DNA of 64,000 bases. Source: Octopus vulgaris (taxonomy: Eukaryota). Position 1 is the stretch's first letter. The number at the start of each line of letters is the position of its first letter. The position numbers and the translations under genes were made by a program. The notes beneath the pieces were generated by a model that saw only the letters and a program-made list of their open reading frames with translations, made no database searches and was not told where the DNA came from. Below are positions 12,823 to 27,180 of this stretch, piece after piece. The stretch lies in assembly GCA_951406725.2 (NCBI GenBank), contig OX597838.1, positions 37,200,001-37,264,000 of the forward strand, read 5' to 3'.

Positions 12823-13068
12823 TAAAGGGATTTTGTTTATTCGTCGTTCAACTCCATTCTTTCATTTATTTGTATTAAAAAAAAACACACCAATTTCCAC
12901 ACGAAAGCACGTGATCATTGCCCTTGGCATGTAGCTTCAACCGTGTTTTTCTGACGTGAATTTGCAACCCAGGTATCGGTTAACCGAATTATCCATAATA
13001 AGATAATTCATTCAACTACTCAAATATATATATGTATATATATATATGTATATATATATGTCTATATA

Positions 13069-13099
<31 letters not shown>

Positions 13100-13178
13100 G
13101 CATATACATATTTATATGTCTATACATATATACATATGTATATGTATATACATATATATGTATATATATGTATATATA

Positions 13179-13209
<31 letters not shown>

Positions 13210-13747
13210 GTATATATATATATATATGTATGTGTGTATGTATATATGTGTGTGCTTGTGTGAGGCTATATATATTAATAATTACTTTTTTTTCTATACT
13301 TCCAGCTAGTTGCTTTCCAATCCTTCCCATAATGGATAAAGATGCACACACACGCACACACACATATATATATAAATACATGCATTTGGTCACATTAGTT
13401 GGAGCTGATGTGCAACTTTTCACACTTACATAAGCATACAAAATGACAGGCATTCAGGGCACAAACACACGTCTGTGTGTGTGTGTGTTTATATATGCGT
13501 GTGGGTGTATATGTGTGTAAGTGTATACCAACAAACGCATGTACACATACATGCATGCATGCACATACACACACCGACCGAAATACATGTAATATTCAAT
13601 ATAAAATTCTAAATTATTTTGATGAAATGATTTGAACAGTTGCCATCTCATTACAAGGCTGTTTGTGAAGAGGGCGTTGATGTCTGCCTCTCTGTTACAT
13701 TGTGTGTGAAAATCCTTTATATAAGATATATATATACATGCACACAC

Positions 13748-13813
<66 letters not shown>

Positions 13814-13939
13814 TTGTGTGTATATTTATATATATATATATGTTGTTGGAATAAAGTGTGAGATAAATCATCACACACACACACTAATGTATAACAGTAG
13901 ATACATACATACATGTATGTATGTATTTATATATGTAGA

Positions 13940-13985
<46 letters not shown>

Positions 13986-14283
13986 CAGATATCTATATAG
14001 ATGTATAAATGTATGGACACATATATATATATATACGCACACACATATATATATAAATGTATATCTATCTATCTTTCATCATCATCATCATCGCTCAAAG
14101 TCCGCTTTCTATGCTACCATGGGTTGGACGGTTCAACTGGGGATCTGGGAAGCCAAGATGGCTGCACCAGGCTCCAGTCTGATCTGGCAGTGTTTCTACA
14201 GCTGGATGCCCTTCCTAACGCCAACCACTACATGAGTGTAGTGGGTGCTTTTTACGTGCCACCTGCACAGGTGCCAGATGAGG

Positions 14284-14329
<46 letters not shown>

Positions 14330-14582
14330 CTGTTATTATAGATGCATGTATATGTATATATAGATGCATATATGTATATATGTAGGTGTTGCAGACGTGG
14401 ATGGGTGATAAAAAGTTTGCTTCCCAGCCTCATTGTTCTGGGTTCACTGCAAGGCTTCTTCACAGTTGCCTTCTACTATAACTCCATGCTGACCAAAGCC
14501 TTGTGAGTGTATTTGGCAGACAAACTGAAAGAAGCCCATTGTGCACCCCCTGATATGTACATAAGTATATATCTATCTATCT

Positions 14583-14613
<31 letters not shown>

Positions 14614-14634
14614 GTATGTATATGTATATTTGAA

Positions 14635-14955
14635 GGCACGTGGCATACTGGTTAGGGGCGTTTGGCTCATGATCCCCAGGTCATGAGTTCAACTCCTGGC
14701 GACGGGTTGTGTCCTTGAGCAAGACACTTTATTTCACATTGCTCCAGTCCACTCAGCTGGCAAAAATGTGTAGTACATGTATTTTGAAGGGCTTGCCTTG
14801 TAACACTCTATGTCATGCTGAATCTCTCTGAAAACTACGTTAAGGGTACACGTGTTTGTGGAGTGCTCAGCCACTTGCACGTTACTTTCACGAGCAAGCT
14901 GTTCCATTGATCGTATCAGCTGGGACCCTCGTCGTCGCAACCGACAGAGTGCCCC
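14635..14955 (+). mobile_element. tRNA-derived SINE (family C head with a distinct 3' tail)
   Basis: A/B-box-like head, then gtgtccttgagcaagacactttatttcacattgctccagtccactcagctgg. Confidence 0.75.
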
Positions 14956-14985
14956 TATATATATATATATATTTATAGATATTAT

Positions 14986-15258
14986 CATCATCGTTTAACG
15001 TCCGCTTTCCATGCTAGCATGGGTTGGCCGTATGACTGAGGGCTGGCGAACCAGATGGCTGCTCCAGGCTTCAATCTTGATCTGGCGGAGTTTCTATAGC
15101 TGGATCCCCGTCCTAACGCCAACCACTCTGAGAGTGTAGTGGGTGCTTTTATGTGCCACCGGCACTGGCAATGACCTCGCTCGAATCTTTTACACATGCC
15201 ACTGGCACAGGTGCCAGTAAGGCGATGCTGGTAATGATCACGCTTGAATGGTGTCTTA
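14986..15258 (-). mobile_element. Family D retroposon
   Basis: catcatcgtttaacgtccgctttccatgctagcatggg...gtgccaccggcac; ends at the TA preceding the mariner. Confidence 0.8.
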
Positions 15259-15260
15259 CA

Positions 15261-16550
15261 TACGAGGGATACCCAAAAGCAACTGGAGCTGCATCCCTCA
15301 GTCATCAGACTGCTGACTAGTGTCATCGAGTGAAGGTCATACTGCCATGTGGTGCATCTTTGTTTTGCAGTGCTTCTCCCCTGTTTGTCAATTTTTGTGG
15401 TGACTGAACCGAAGGAACAGTGTGCATCCATGAAATTGTTTTGTGCTGGAGGAAACAGTGGCCAAAACAGTGGTCATGCTTCAAACAGCCTACAAGGACG
15501 TTGCCATGAGCAACACACAAGTTTACAAGTGGTTTTCATGTTTTAGAAATGGTCACTCGCTTGAAAACCAACCTTGTTTGAGGTCACTGTCGACTCCCTG
15601 AACAAATGAAAACATCACAAAAATTCAAGGACTAATCTTGGAGGACTGTTGCCAAACAATTGACAAACCTGATAGGACTGGTGGGTCCTGGAGCTCCAGC
15701 TAAGGGATTTTGAGCAAGGAATTGCAAATGAAAAGCGTTGCAACAAAATTTGTGCCTTGCTTGCTCATGGAAGATGAAAAGCAGTCATGATTGAATGCGT
15801 GTTGTGAACTGAAAGAACAGCTTGAAGTCGACCCAAATCTTTCCCTGAAGGATATCACTGGTGATGGAAGCTGGTGCTACGGCTATGACCCAGAAATGAA
15901 GCAGCAATCAAGTCAATGGAAGCATTCGATGTCACCATGCACCCCAAAAAAGTGTGTCAAGTGAAGTCCAGTGTTAAGACAATGCTGATTTGTTTCATGG
16001 ACTAGAAAGGAATTGCCCACACAGAATTTCTTCCTCCTGGTCAAACTGTTAACCAGACATTTTACTTGGCAGTTTTGAAGTATTTGTGAGACATGGTGAG
16101 ATGAAAAATCCCCAACCAGGGGTAAAAGAGAGAGAGTGGTGGTTTCATTACGACAATACACCTGTGCATACCTATTTCTTTATTGCCCACAAGGGGCTAA
16201 ACACAGAGAGGTCAAACAAGGACAGACAAATGGATTAAATCGATTACATTGACCCAGTGTGTAACTAGTACTTAATTTATCGACCCCGAAAGGATGAAAG
16301 GCAAAGTCGACCTCGGCAGAATTTGAACTCAGAACGTAACGGCAGACGAAATACCGCTAAGCATTTCACCGACGTGCTAACGTTTCTGTCAGCTCGCTGC
16401 CTTACCCTCTGCATACCATCCAGAGTGTGAGACAGTTTTTGACCAAAAATGGCATGGTTGCTTATCCATCCTCCATATTCTCCTGATCTTTCATCCTGCG
16501 ACTTTTTTGTTCCTCCAAATGAAAAAAAGTCCTTAAAGGTAAACGTTTTA
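15261..16550 (+). mobile_element. Decayed mariner (Tc1/mariner, DD34D-type) transposon; transposase pseudogene interrupted by a SINE B
   Basis: TA-CGAGGG terminus. Translated motifs include KFVPCLL (WVPxxL-like), ITGDGSWCYGYDPE, EFLPPGQTVN, FHYDNTPVH, YSPDL and LKGKRF, with multiple stops and frameshifts. Confidence 0.9.
16173..16403 (-). mobile_element. SINE family B nested in the mariner, with a probable TSD (tgcatacc core)
   Basis: tgcatacc at 16165-16172 and 16410-16417 flank the insertion; transposase homology resumes after it. Confidence 0.88.
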
Positions 16551-16751
16551 CAGAGTGCTTGGTGTTAGGAAGAGCAACCAGCTGTAGAACCCTCACTATT
16601 TCTGATTGGAGCCTGGCGTAGCATCTTGGCTTGCCAGTCCTCAGTCAAACTGTCCAACCCATGCCAGCATGGAAAGCAGACATTAAACGATGATGATGAT
16701 ATAATTGTGTGTGGGTGAGTGTGTATAGATATCCTTGTTGCATATTTTGAG

Positions 16752-16788
<37 letters not shown>

Positions 16789-16864
16789 CATGTGTGTGTG
16801 TATATGTAAATGTGTGTGGGTGGGTGGGTGTGTATATATATATATATTCATACATGTATGTGTA

Positions 16865-16896
<32 letters not shown>

Positions 16897-17616
16897 CGTA
16901 GGAATAAATGTGTGTGGGTGGGTGTGTATATATATATATATATATATATATTCATACATGTATGTATATATATATATATGTATATTTACATATATATATA
17001 TATATATACACATAAATATATATATGTATATTTATAAATATATATATATATATATATGTAGGAATAAATGTGTGTGGGTGGGTGTGTATGTATATATCCA
17101 TATATATTATATACATAAACACTGTTTGCCTTAGCTTTCATCAGTTTGTCTCAGAGTTCTTCAGTTTTGGCGTTTGTAAACATAATGTGGAAAATAAGGG
17201 GCATTTCCTTTGATGTGCTATTTAGTTTCCATCGTCTCTGTCTTTGCCATAATAGGTTTGTTGTCTGAAGTTAACCATGTGTGTTGTGTCAAGCTCTTCA
17301 ATGCTTTCCACTCTGTACAATATTGTGTTGTTTGTTTGGTAAGCAAAAAAGAAACAAACTGTGTTGCGGATGCTCTGAACAAAGTCAGTGACATTATGAT
17401 TTGGCAAGATCGTTTGTTCGTTTGTCATTTAGTCTGAAGAGAAAGGCCTATGCTCAGATGATAACATTTTGCACACAGACCCCCCCCCTGAGACTGATTG
17501 GGGCAGAGTGAGAGGAGGCGCTTCAGGTAGAATGGCACCTACAGCTAGTGACTTCTACTGTAACCCTGAGTTGACCAAAGCATTGCTAGTGGTTTTGGTC
17601 GGCAGAAACTAGAAGA

Positions 17617-17851
17617 AAGGCGGCGAGCTGGCAGAAACGTTAGCATGCTGGGCAAAATGCTTAGTGGTATTTCGTCTGCCGCTACGTTCTGAGTTCAAAT
17701 TCCGCCGAGGTCGACTTTGCCTTCCATCCTTTGGGGGTTGATTAAATAAGTACCAGTTACACACTGGGGTCGATATAATCAACTTAATCCATTTGTCTGT
17801 CCTTGTTTGTCCCCTCTGTGTTTAGCCCCTAGTGGGTAGTAAAGAAATAGG
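17617..17851 (+). mobile_element. SINE family B, full length, between a family A 5' remnant (~17560-17615) and a family A 3' half (17850-18010)
   Basis: aggcggcgagctggcagaaacgttagc...gtagtaaagaaatagg. Confidence 0.9.
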
Positions 17852-18171
17852 TGTGTTTACGTCGCTGTAACTTAGCAGTTTGGCAAAAGAGACCGATAGA
17901 CTAAGTACAAGGCTTACAAAGAATAAGTCCTGGGGGTTGATTTGCTCAACTAAAGGCGGTGCTCCAGCATGGCCACAGTCAAATGACTGAAAAGAGTAAA
18001 AGAGAGAGAGTATAACTAGTCAAGGAACCTTTTGGTACCACCTCGTGTCTGCCTCTATTTTTATTGGTTTCTCTCCTTCTTCCTTTGGTTTGTTTTTCTT
18101 TGTTTTCTGTTTCCAATTCTTTTCATATTTCCAAAATATAATCCACCCCTGTTTCCCCTTTTTATCAACAG

Positions 18172-18276
18172 AGCCGACAGTGATGGTCGCAAGAAAAGCA
18201 GACGACACAAGCGAAAGACTGAAATCAGCAGTTCTAGTAGCGACAGCCCTTCACCAGACATCTCTCATTCCAACAG
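18172..18276 (+). CDS. Internal 105-nt coding exon (exon b): ADSDGRKKSRRHKRKTEISSSSSDSPSPDISHSN
   Basis: Long pyrimidine tract and tttttatcaacAG acceptor, strong CAG|GTAAGG donor. Phase 2/2, open frame (end of ORF 18032..18280), unique non-repetitive sequence. Confidence 0.85.
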
Positions 18277-18653
18277 GTAAGGCCCTGCTCCATCAATAAT
18301 TTCTTCAAGTGTTAAAAGGCTGCAGTTGTCTTCTTTCGTGTTAACAGCGCACAAAATTATTATTCCCTTTTATGAAATTTCATGAAATTTATTAACAGCT
18401 GGTAATGAAGTAGTCTATGAATGGAAACTGTGTGTGTGTATATACAGAAGCATCGCATGTATATTGTATATTTCTTTCTCCGTCTTCCCTTCTTTGGACC
18501 TTCCCTTTTTCTATGTTTTTGACAAAGAGCTCCGCTTGAAATGTTAAGTCCTTCTTCTTTATTTCCTTTCCTGAGCATCCAATAACACTATACTTGTTCC
18601 ACATCCTCGTGTTATTGTGTTTTCTCTTCGTTCATGTTTGGATTAACTATATG

Positions 18654-18733
<80 letters not shown>

Positions 18734-18754
18734 TGTTATTTATATATATTTATA

Positions 18755-19460
18755 TAGGGTTATCCCATAAATGATGCAGGTTTTTTTTTATACTTCTTTT
18801 AATTTTCAGAATCAAGATAAAGATCTTTTTCAATTTAAAATAAACTCTCCTTCATTTTCTTCAATGCTCTTCCATTTATCTGGTAGACTTGCAAGACCCG
18901 TCTACCAAAATTCACTTCTCCATAACGAAAATACTCCTCCAGCACTGTTCTCACGTCGTCCATAGAATTCATATTTTTTTCCGTCCAAATGATTTTGAAG
19001 ACTGCAAAATAAATGATAATCATATTGGGCAATGTCTGGTAAATATGGTGTGTGAAGCATTGTTTCCCATTCAAACTGCTCCAGCCTTTGGAATGTCATC
19101 CTCGTTGTATGTGGCCAAGCATTATCCTGATGGAAGAACACCTTTCATCTTAAAACCAAAGATGGTCCTTTTTCTTCTCGTGTTCACTTAGCTTGCTGTA
19201 GATCTCCTTTGTTATCATTTGGTTTGGGTTTAAAAGTTCAAAGTGGACTAAACCTATCACATCCTACCAAACAGATAACAACACCTTACATGGCTGAGGA
19301 CCTTTAGCCTGGGGTGCTGGTGTTTTTCCTTTCACTACTGTCTTCGGTGCTTGACATTTTTATAGAGAACCCATTTCTTGTTACCAGTCACTATTCGGTC
19401 CAAAAAAGGTTCATTTGGGAGAGCAAAGAAGAGCACACATTCAGTCTCTGTGTGCGATCA
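18755..19460 (-). mobile_element. Decayed mariner, 3' half of transposase plus terminal sequence ending in (TA)n
   Basis: Minus-strand motifs PFLDRIVTGNKKWVLYKN, FHQDNAWPH and TPYLPDIAQYDYHLFCSLQNHLDGKKY (ORF 18902..19141). A different mariner lineage from 15261-16550. Confidence 0.92.
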
Positions 19461-19663
19461 GACTCAGAAAGTTTGTGAGGAACTCATTGACGCAATTTGC
19501 TGAATTTTCTGATGGCATGCAGGTGTTGAGGAATGCAGCGGCCCTTAAGTTTTTCTGAATCTTGTAAAAGAACTCAGATTGGGTCTCCAAACAGGCCTTT
19601 TTTGACACACTTAGAGGCAAGTACTTTTCAGCACCCACTTATGTATATATATATATCATATAT

Positions 19664-19829
19664 AGGCGCAGGAGTAGCTGTGTGGTAAGTAGCTTGCTTA
19701 CCAACCACATGGTTCTGGGTTCAGTCCAACTGCATGGCACCTTGGGCAAGTGTCTTCTACTATAGCCTCGGGCCGACCAAAGCCTTGTGAGTGGATTTGG
19801 TAGGCGGAAACAGAAAGAAGCCCGTCGTA

Positions 19830-19875
<46 letters not shown>

Positions 19876-20093
19876 TGTGTGTGTTTGTGTGTCTGTGTTT
19901 GTCCCCCTAGCATTGCTTGACAACCGATGCTGGTGTGTTTATGTCCCCGTTACTTAGCGGTTCATCAAAAGAGACCGATAGAATAAGTACTAGGCTTACA
20001 AAAGAATAAGTCCCGGCGTCAATTTGCTCGATTAAAGGCGGTGCTCCAGCATGGCCACAGTCAAATGACTGAAACAAGTAAAAGAGTAAAAGA
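19664..20093 (+). mobile_element. SINE family A, full length
   Basis: ggcgcaggagtagctgtgtggtaag head through to the gtaaaagag tail. Confidence 0.92.
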
Positions 20094-20483
20094 GATACAT
20101 AACCCTAGCAGGATTTGAACTCAGAATGTTGAGAATAACTATAGTAAGGTACTTTTTTTTGGAGCTGTAGGAATTCTGCCAGCGCATGTCTTTTTTCTTG
20201 ATATATATATATAGATATACACACACATATATAAAATATATTCTCATATATTCCCTCTTCTGTCATTCTTTTGCTATGGGTGTATGCGTGTGTGTGTGTA
20301 TGTATATATATGTGTGTGTGTGTATAAGGTCGTTTTCATCTCTTTAGAACATATTTGGCACTGCTGTCTTTGGAGTTAAGCGTTACAAAATGAGAAATAT
20401 TTCAATTTGAATATCTTCCAAACAGTAGGCATTGCTATACAATACAGACAGACATACAAACACAATATGAATGTTTATGATTG

Positions 20484-20528
<45 letters not shown>

Positions 20529-20845
20529 CATACATATATATATATTAATATATATATACATATACATACATATCATCATCATCATATATATATATATATA
20601 CACACACACATATACACACACATATACATATACATATATATGCATACACACACACATATATATATACATATATATACATACAGACACACACACATACATA
20701 TTTACACATACATACACACATATATACATACATACATATACATACAAACATTTATGTACACACATACATGTATATATACATGAGTTTACCAATGTCTATA
20801 TATATATATGCATACATACATATATATATATATATATACATACAT

Positions 20846-20876
<31 letters not shown>

Positions 20877-21369
20877 CATAACATACATACTATATATATA
20901 TATGCATACATACATATATATTAATATAATATATATATATATAACACAATATACATACATACACATATATATATATATATATATATATATCATACATACA
21001 TACATATATATATATACATACATATATTATATATATATATATATATATATACATATATATATGTGGGTGTGTATATACATATATTGCCATTCAATCTATT
21101 AAAGATACCAAAAGATAAAAAGGATATATTCTTTTACCCTATTATTTATTTATGTTTTTGTCTATCATTGTTTTTCTTTTTTTTTTCCCCCTTTTGGCCC
21201 TTCTTTGTATATCTGTCTGTCTGTGCGTGATCTGTGCTGCTCCTGCTGTCATCTTTTCCCCTCTTTCTCCTTCCGTCTACATATTTTCAGCATTTTCTTC
21301 CATGATTTTTAGAGAACCCAAGTGGGACATGAAGAATTTTTTCCTTGTTTTTATCTCTTCATCTCATCA

Positions 21370-21425
<56 letters not shown>

Positions 21426-22689
21426 CTTTCAAATTAATTCTTTCTTTCCTCTTATTCTTTATTCTTTTTCATTCTTTTTTTCTTCTTTACACTTTCTGCT
21501 TTCTTCTCTTTTCTCTTGTAATCTTTCCTGTTATGTTTCTCCACGTTTTTCTTTCTTCACTTCAATCTTTCCTTTATTCTTTCATTTTTCTTTCTTTTAT
21601 TCACTGTTTCTTCCCTTTGTTTTCCTTCCTTCAGTTCTTTTCTTCTTTTCTGTCTGCAATTCATTATCTCTTTCTTTGAGTTTAACTCATTCTTTCATTC
21701 TTTTCTGTCTTCATTTCTTTCTTTGTTTTCTTTCCTTTGTAATTCATTCTTTACTCTCTGTAGTTCACTCTTTCTTTATTCAATTCATTTTCTTCTTCCT
21801 TTGATTCATTTTCCTTCATTTCCTGTTTTCATTCCATTTTTGCTTTTTACTGTCCCCCAATCCACTCCTTTTTCTCCTCTCCTTCCACCCATCTTCTTTC
21901 TCCCACTCTCTCCTAAGCCCTGACCTTTCATTAATCCCCTACCTCTCACTCCTCCTCCATCAGTAATCCCCACCACACACACATATCCCACATCATTTCC
22001 CACAATGCCTTTGCATTTTATGTATCGAAACATCAACCAAATACAAGCACCAATCCTGATAACTTGACAACAGATATCTAATCCAAACATACCCTCAAAT
22101 TGACACAAACACGTAGAACTTTTGATGACAACCTGTCTAAGAACAACATTGATTCCATGATGCAAATTTCCCATTTATAGTAACCTAAATTGAAACTTTC
22201 CTTTGAAATTTCACTTTAATTTACATTCTAAATTCCATGACAAAGTTATATACCAAAAATCTTTATTATTTTCATAATTTTTGCTCAAAATACCATTTTC
22301 ATTAACGACAAAGTTGTATTCCTGAAATTCTTCGTTATTTTGAAAATTAACTGAAACAAAGTGTATTTTGACAGAAATTCAGTAACAAAAGAATTAGTGT
22401 AATTTGTCAAAATATTTAATTACAGTTACACTAGCTTTAATGGCAAAAGCAGAGAAGTCACCGATGAAATACGACTGACAGTATATCTCCATCTCTCTCT
22501 GTTTGTCCTTCCTCCAATGAAAGATAGTCATATAATAATTGGGTTTATTTTCCTGGTTCGGAAAATACTTTTGCAACTACATGTAATAGATAATGTTACA
22601 CTTGTAATTAGGTTGTAATGTCTTCCTTGAACTGAAGATGGGGAGATGTTGCACCCACAGCAAAACAGCCAGGTATTTCTTAACGTTAA

Positions 22690-22810
22690 CATGATGACAT
22701 TTCTCACCCATGCACAACATAACCTTATTCAACTCACACAACATTAAGATCAGTTATTCATGCATGGACAGCCTGGCTTCCCAGATCAAACACTACAACT
22801 GCATACACAA
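22690..22810 (+). pseudogene. Penelope-like element ORF remnant (RT-to-GIY-YIG linker)
   Basis: Translates HFSPMHNITLFNSHNIKISYSCMDSLASQIKHYN, resembling the PLE motif HF...FNRNNIKISYSC. Confidence 0.6.
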
Positions 22811-23328
22811 CTTTAATACAATCCCTGCCAAACCCTAACTGTTGAAATCCATCCTCCTGCCTACTTAGGGGTTCTTGCTGCTTTCAATAAGTCATTCAAT
22901 GATCAACCAAAACATCTTCAAAGGGCATTGAAAAAATATATATAGGGGGCAATTTGCTGTGCTTGAGAAGATGTATCAAGCTAAGTGAAATTCTGGTCAT
23001 GGCTAGCACTGAGGATAGATAATATCTACCTGTTCTGGTGACAGGTAAAAGGCACTGTGCCAGTGACAGGTAAAAAGCACCTGTGCTGGTGATACATAAA
23101 AGCACCCATGCTGGAGAACCCTAGTACATTCTGGAGTGGTTGGCATTAGGAAAGGCGTCCAGCTGTAGAAACCAAAGCAAATCAGATGGAGCCTTGTACA
23201 GCTTTCCAACTTACTAGCCCCAGTCAAACCAACTACCCCATGCAGGCATGGAAAGTGGATGCTAAATGATGATGATGATGTCTAATGACAAAAATTCTTT
23301 TAAAGGTTACTATCACTTCCCTTGTGCA

Positions 23329-23627
23329 GGCACATGGCCTAGTGGTTGGAGCAGCGGGCTCGTGGTCGAGGGATCGCGGGTTCGAATCTCAGACTGGGCG
23401 ATGTGTGTGCTTATGAGCGAAACACCTAAGCTCCACACGGCTCCGGCAGAAGGTAATGGCGAACTTCTGCTGACTGTTTCGCCACGACTTTCTCTCACTC
23501 TTTCCTCCTGCATCTTGCAGCTCACCTGTGACGGACCGGCGTCCCGTCCAGGTGGGGAACCTACACGCCAAGGAAATTGGGGAAACCGGCCCTTATGAGC
23601 CAGGCATGACTCGAGAAGGAGCAAACA
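23329..23627 (+). mobile_element. tRNA-derived SINE (family H-related) with a V-SINE-like 3' segment
   Basis: A box tggcctagtggtt and near-perfect B box gggttcgaatctc; gacggaccggcgtcccgtccagg segment. Confidence 0.8.
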
Positions 23628-24359
23628 TCACTTCCTTCAACATCTCCACTTGTTTAGACCAAGAAAATGAAGAAAACAGTACATATATTTCACAGTTTAT
23701 GTGAAAATAGAAGAACTGGAGACTATCATGGCCTCTCCATTTGCAAAGAATATGGCTGAGTGAGACAAACCATATTTCGATGGAACACAAAATTGTAGAA
23801 TTTGTTTTATTGAAAATGTTCGCATCTTGAAGTGATCTTTGATATCTCACAACCAGAAAACAGCTATTTTCCAGCTGTAATCACTGATAGGGGTTTCTCT
23901 TGGATGTTTTGGAAATTTCAAAACACCTCAACACTACAACCCTTAAAAATTGGCTCAAAATCTTTGGTTTAGCTTCATGGAATAGATTGGACTTGAAGAT
24001 AACGCTTGTGAAGTTCTGCCCTGTGTGTGCATGCAGGTTTGCGTGTGTGTAATATGCATACTGGGAGCTCGCATGACTCTTTATCTGTCTCTCATACACA
24101 CACACATATATTTGTACGTGTTTGCGTGTATGTATATATGTACGCACACACACACACACAAACTTATAAAAATATATACATTCACATATTTCTTTCCTAT
24201 ATTTTTCTTTCTTTTACTACCTGTAAGTATATATGCATGTGTGTGTGTGTGTGTGTGTACATATATATAAATATATTCGTCTAGCTGTCTATGAATATAT
24301 GTTTGTAAGTTTTCATACAAACACACACACACATACACATATATATACACACACATATA

Positions 24360-24715
24360 TAAATACATATAAATGCATATGAATACACTCACACACACAC
24401 ATACACATATATAAATGCATATGAATACACTCGCACACACACATACACATATATAAATGCATATGAATACACTTACACACATACACACATATATATACAC
24501 ATACACATATATAAATGCATATGAATACACTCGCACACACACACATATATACACACATACACATATATATAAATGCATATGAATACACTTACACACACAC
24601 ACATATATACACACATACACATATATAAATGCATATGAATACACTTACACACACACACACATATATACACACATACACATATATAAATGCATATGAATAC
24701 ACACACACACACATA
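24360..24715. repeat. Microsatellite-derived minisatellite (ataaatgcatatgaatacac + (CA)n), ~8 copies
   Basis: The core recurs about every 40-50 bp. Confidence 0.85.
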
Positions 24716-24965
24716 AATATAGTATGTATGTTTACAGAAAGAGGGAGTCCTGTGAATAATCGGTGGATCAACCGGAGCCAATCGCTGTTTATTTAGCTCT
24801 GCAATTATTTTGGCTTGGCTTGGCCATTCCTGTGTTTCTGTCATTTGCCATGGATCATTACCTGACAAAGGCCACGGAATCACAGACTTCACACACTTGG
24901 TGCTGCTATGTTTCGCACAAACACACACATACAAAGGTACACACATGAATACGTGCATGGAGACA

Positions 24966-25198
<233 letters not shown>

Positions 25199-25285
25199 TA
25201 TATATACACACAATATATATATATATACATATATATGTATGTATGTAAATATACGCACATATATTTCTCCCTCTCTCTCTCTCTC

Positions 25286-25510
25286 GAGCTGGTAGAAACG
25301 TTAGCACGCCGGGCGAAATTCGTAGCCGTATTTCGTCTGTCGTTACGTTGCGAGTTCAAATTCCGCCGAGGTTGACTTTGCCTTTCATCCTTTCGGGGTC
25401 GATAAATTAAGTACCAGTTACGCACTGGGGTCGATGTAGTCGACTTAATCCCTTTGTCTGTCCTTGTTTGTCCCCTCTGTGTTTAGCCCCTTGTGGGTAG
25501 TAAAGAAATA
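25286..25510 (+). mobile_element. SINE family B, near full length
   Basis: Match to the other B copies. Confidence 0.9.
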
Positions 25511-25549
25511 TATATATGTATATATATATATATGTATATATATATACAC

Positions 25550-25616
<67 letters not shown>

Positions 25617-25898
25617 GTGTATTTCCATACATGTATATATGTGTGTATATATATATATATACATATATATATATACACACACACATATATATATATATAC
25701 ACACACATATATATGTATATATATATACATATATATATACACACACATATATATGTATATATAGATATATATATACACACACATATATATGTATATATCT
25801 ATATACATATATCTACAACACACACATACACTCACATACATATATATATATGCATATATCTATATGTATATATATGTGTGTGTGCGTGCATGTATATG

Positions 25899-25931
<33 letters not shown>

Positions 25932-26783
25932 AAAAAAAAGTCAGTGATTTATGTGTGTGTGTGTGTGTACAGTGTCTGCATCAATGTGTGTCTGTGTCCA
26001 TGGATGTGTGTATGTGTACATATATTCACAAGTGATTGATTCCGTTTGATATTTTCTCTCAGTTTTTGCATTGTTCCGTGGTATAGCCATTTCCACAACT
26101 ACCACCGCCCGCCCGTCCACCCCAATACCACCACCACAGCACCACATACCATCACTACTACCACCACCACCACCACCGTTACTACTAACGTTGTCTTCAC
26201 TACGATCTCTTCTCTCACCACCTTACCATCACAACAACAACAACTACAACATCCTCTACCACCGCAACCATCTCCACCACTGCCACACCCAGCATCCCCA
26301 GACTGCTTTCACTACAATGACCAACCCCATCATGGACCGTCGCCTCAACCATCAGCAGCATCACAACTACCTCCACCACATCCACCGCCACCATCACCAT
26401 GACTACTCTTACTACTACTACTACTACTACCGCCATAACATCCATCATCCTCAGACCACTGTCACCACAACCGCCAACACCACCATGGACCATCAATTTA
26501 ATCATCAGCACCATCACAATCACCATCACCAACAATACCACAACCACCAGCACCACTACTAATGCAGTGACTATATCCACCCACACCAGCGCTACAGCCG
26601 GTACCACAACACCACTACACCTGGAGCCACCACCACCACCACCACCACCACCACCCACCAGTCCAGTGTCACTACATTTACTACCACTACACCCGCCCAC
26701 CCACCACGATCACTACTTCTTATTTCTATACTGCTCACAGGGGGCGAAACACAGTGGGGACAAAAAAGTCAGACAAAAAGGTC

Positions 26784-27180
26784 AGGCGCAGGAGTGGCTG
26801 TGTGGTAAGTAGCTTGCTAACCAACCACATGGTTCTGGGTTCAGTCCCACTGTGTGGCATCTTGGGCAAGTGTCTTCTGCTATAGCCTCGGGCCGACCAA
26901 TACCTTGTGAGTGGATTTGGTAGACGGAAACTGAAAGAAGCCTGTTGTATATATGTATATATATATGTGTGTGTTTGTGTGTCTGTGTTTGTCCCTCTAG
27001 CATTGCTTGATAACCGATGGTGGTGTGTTTACGTCCCCGTCACTTAGCAGTTCGGCAAAAGAGAGCGATAGAATAAGTATTGGGCTTACAAAGAATGAGT
27101 CCCAGGGTCGATTTGCTCGACTAAAAGCGGTGCTCCAGCATGGCTGCAGTCAAATGACTGAAACAAGTAAAAGAGTAAAG
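26784..27180 (+). mobile_element. SINE family A, full length, nested inside a minus-strand SINE B (26716-26783 + 27181-27338)
   Basis: B sequence (...cagacaaa | ggattaagtcgattacatcgacccc...) is continuous across the A insertion. Confidence 0.88.

Larger units (their letters stand above)
12513..13023 (+). mobile_element. Penelope-like pLTR-type element with a 5' inverted duplication (arms 12513-12670 / 12712-12869), inserted in (TA)n
   Basis: ~158-bp inverted repeat with a 41-nt spacer; each arm carries a hammerhead. The 3' part is homologous to 56694-56904 (minus). Confidence 0.75.

Noticed and set aside
17130-17440. Possible LINE endonuclease remnant (SDNKPIMAK on the minus strand)
   Set aside because: A single short motif; too weak to call without a search.
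22625-22680. CTGAAGA-tggg...ccca hammerhead-like start next to the PLE remnant
   Set aside because: GAAA and the cleavage triplet are not intact.
23329-23400. tRNA gene
   Set aside because: A and B boxes are present, but the sequence continues into a SINE body shared with other copies and no clean cloverleaf is evident.
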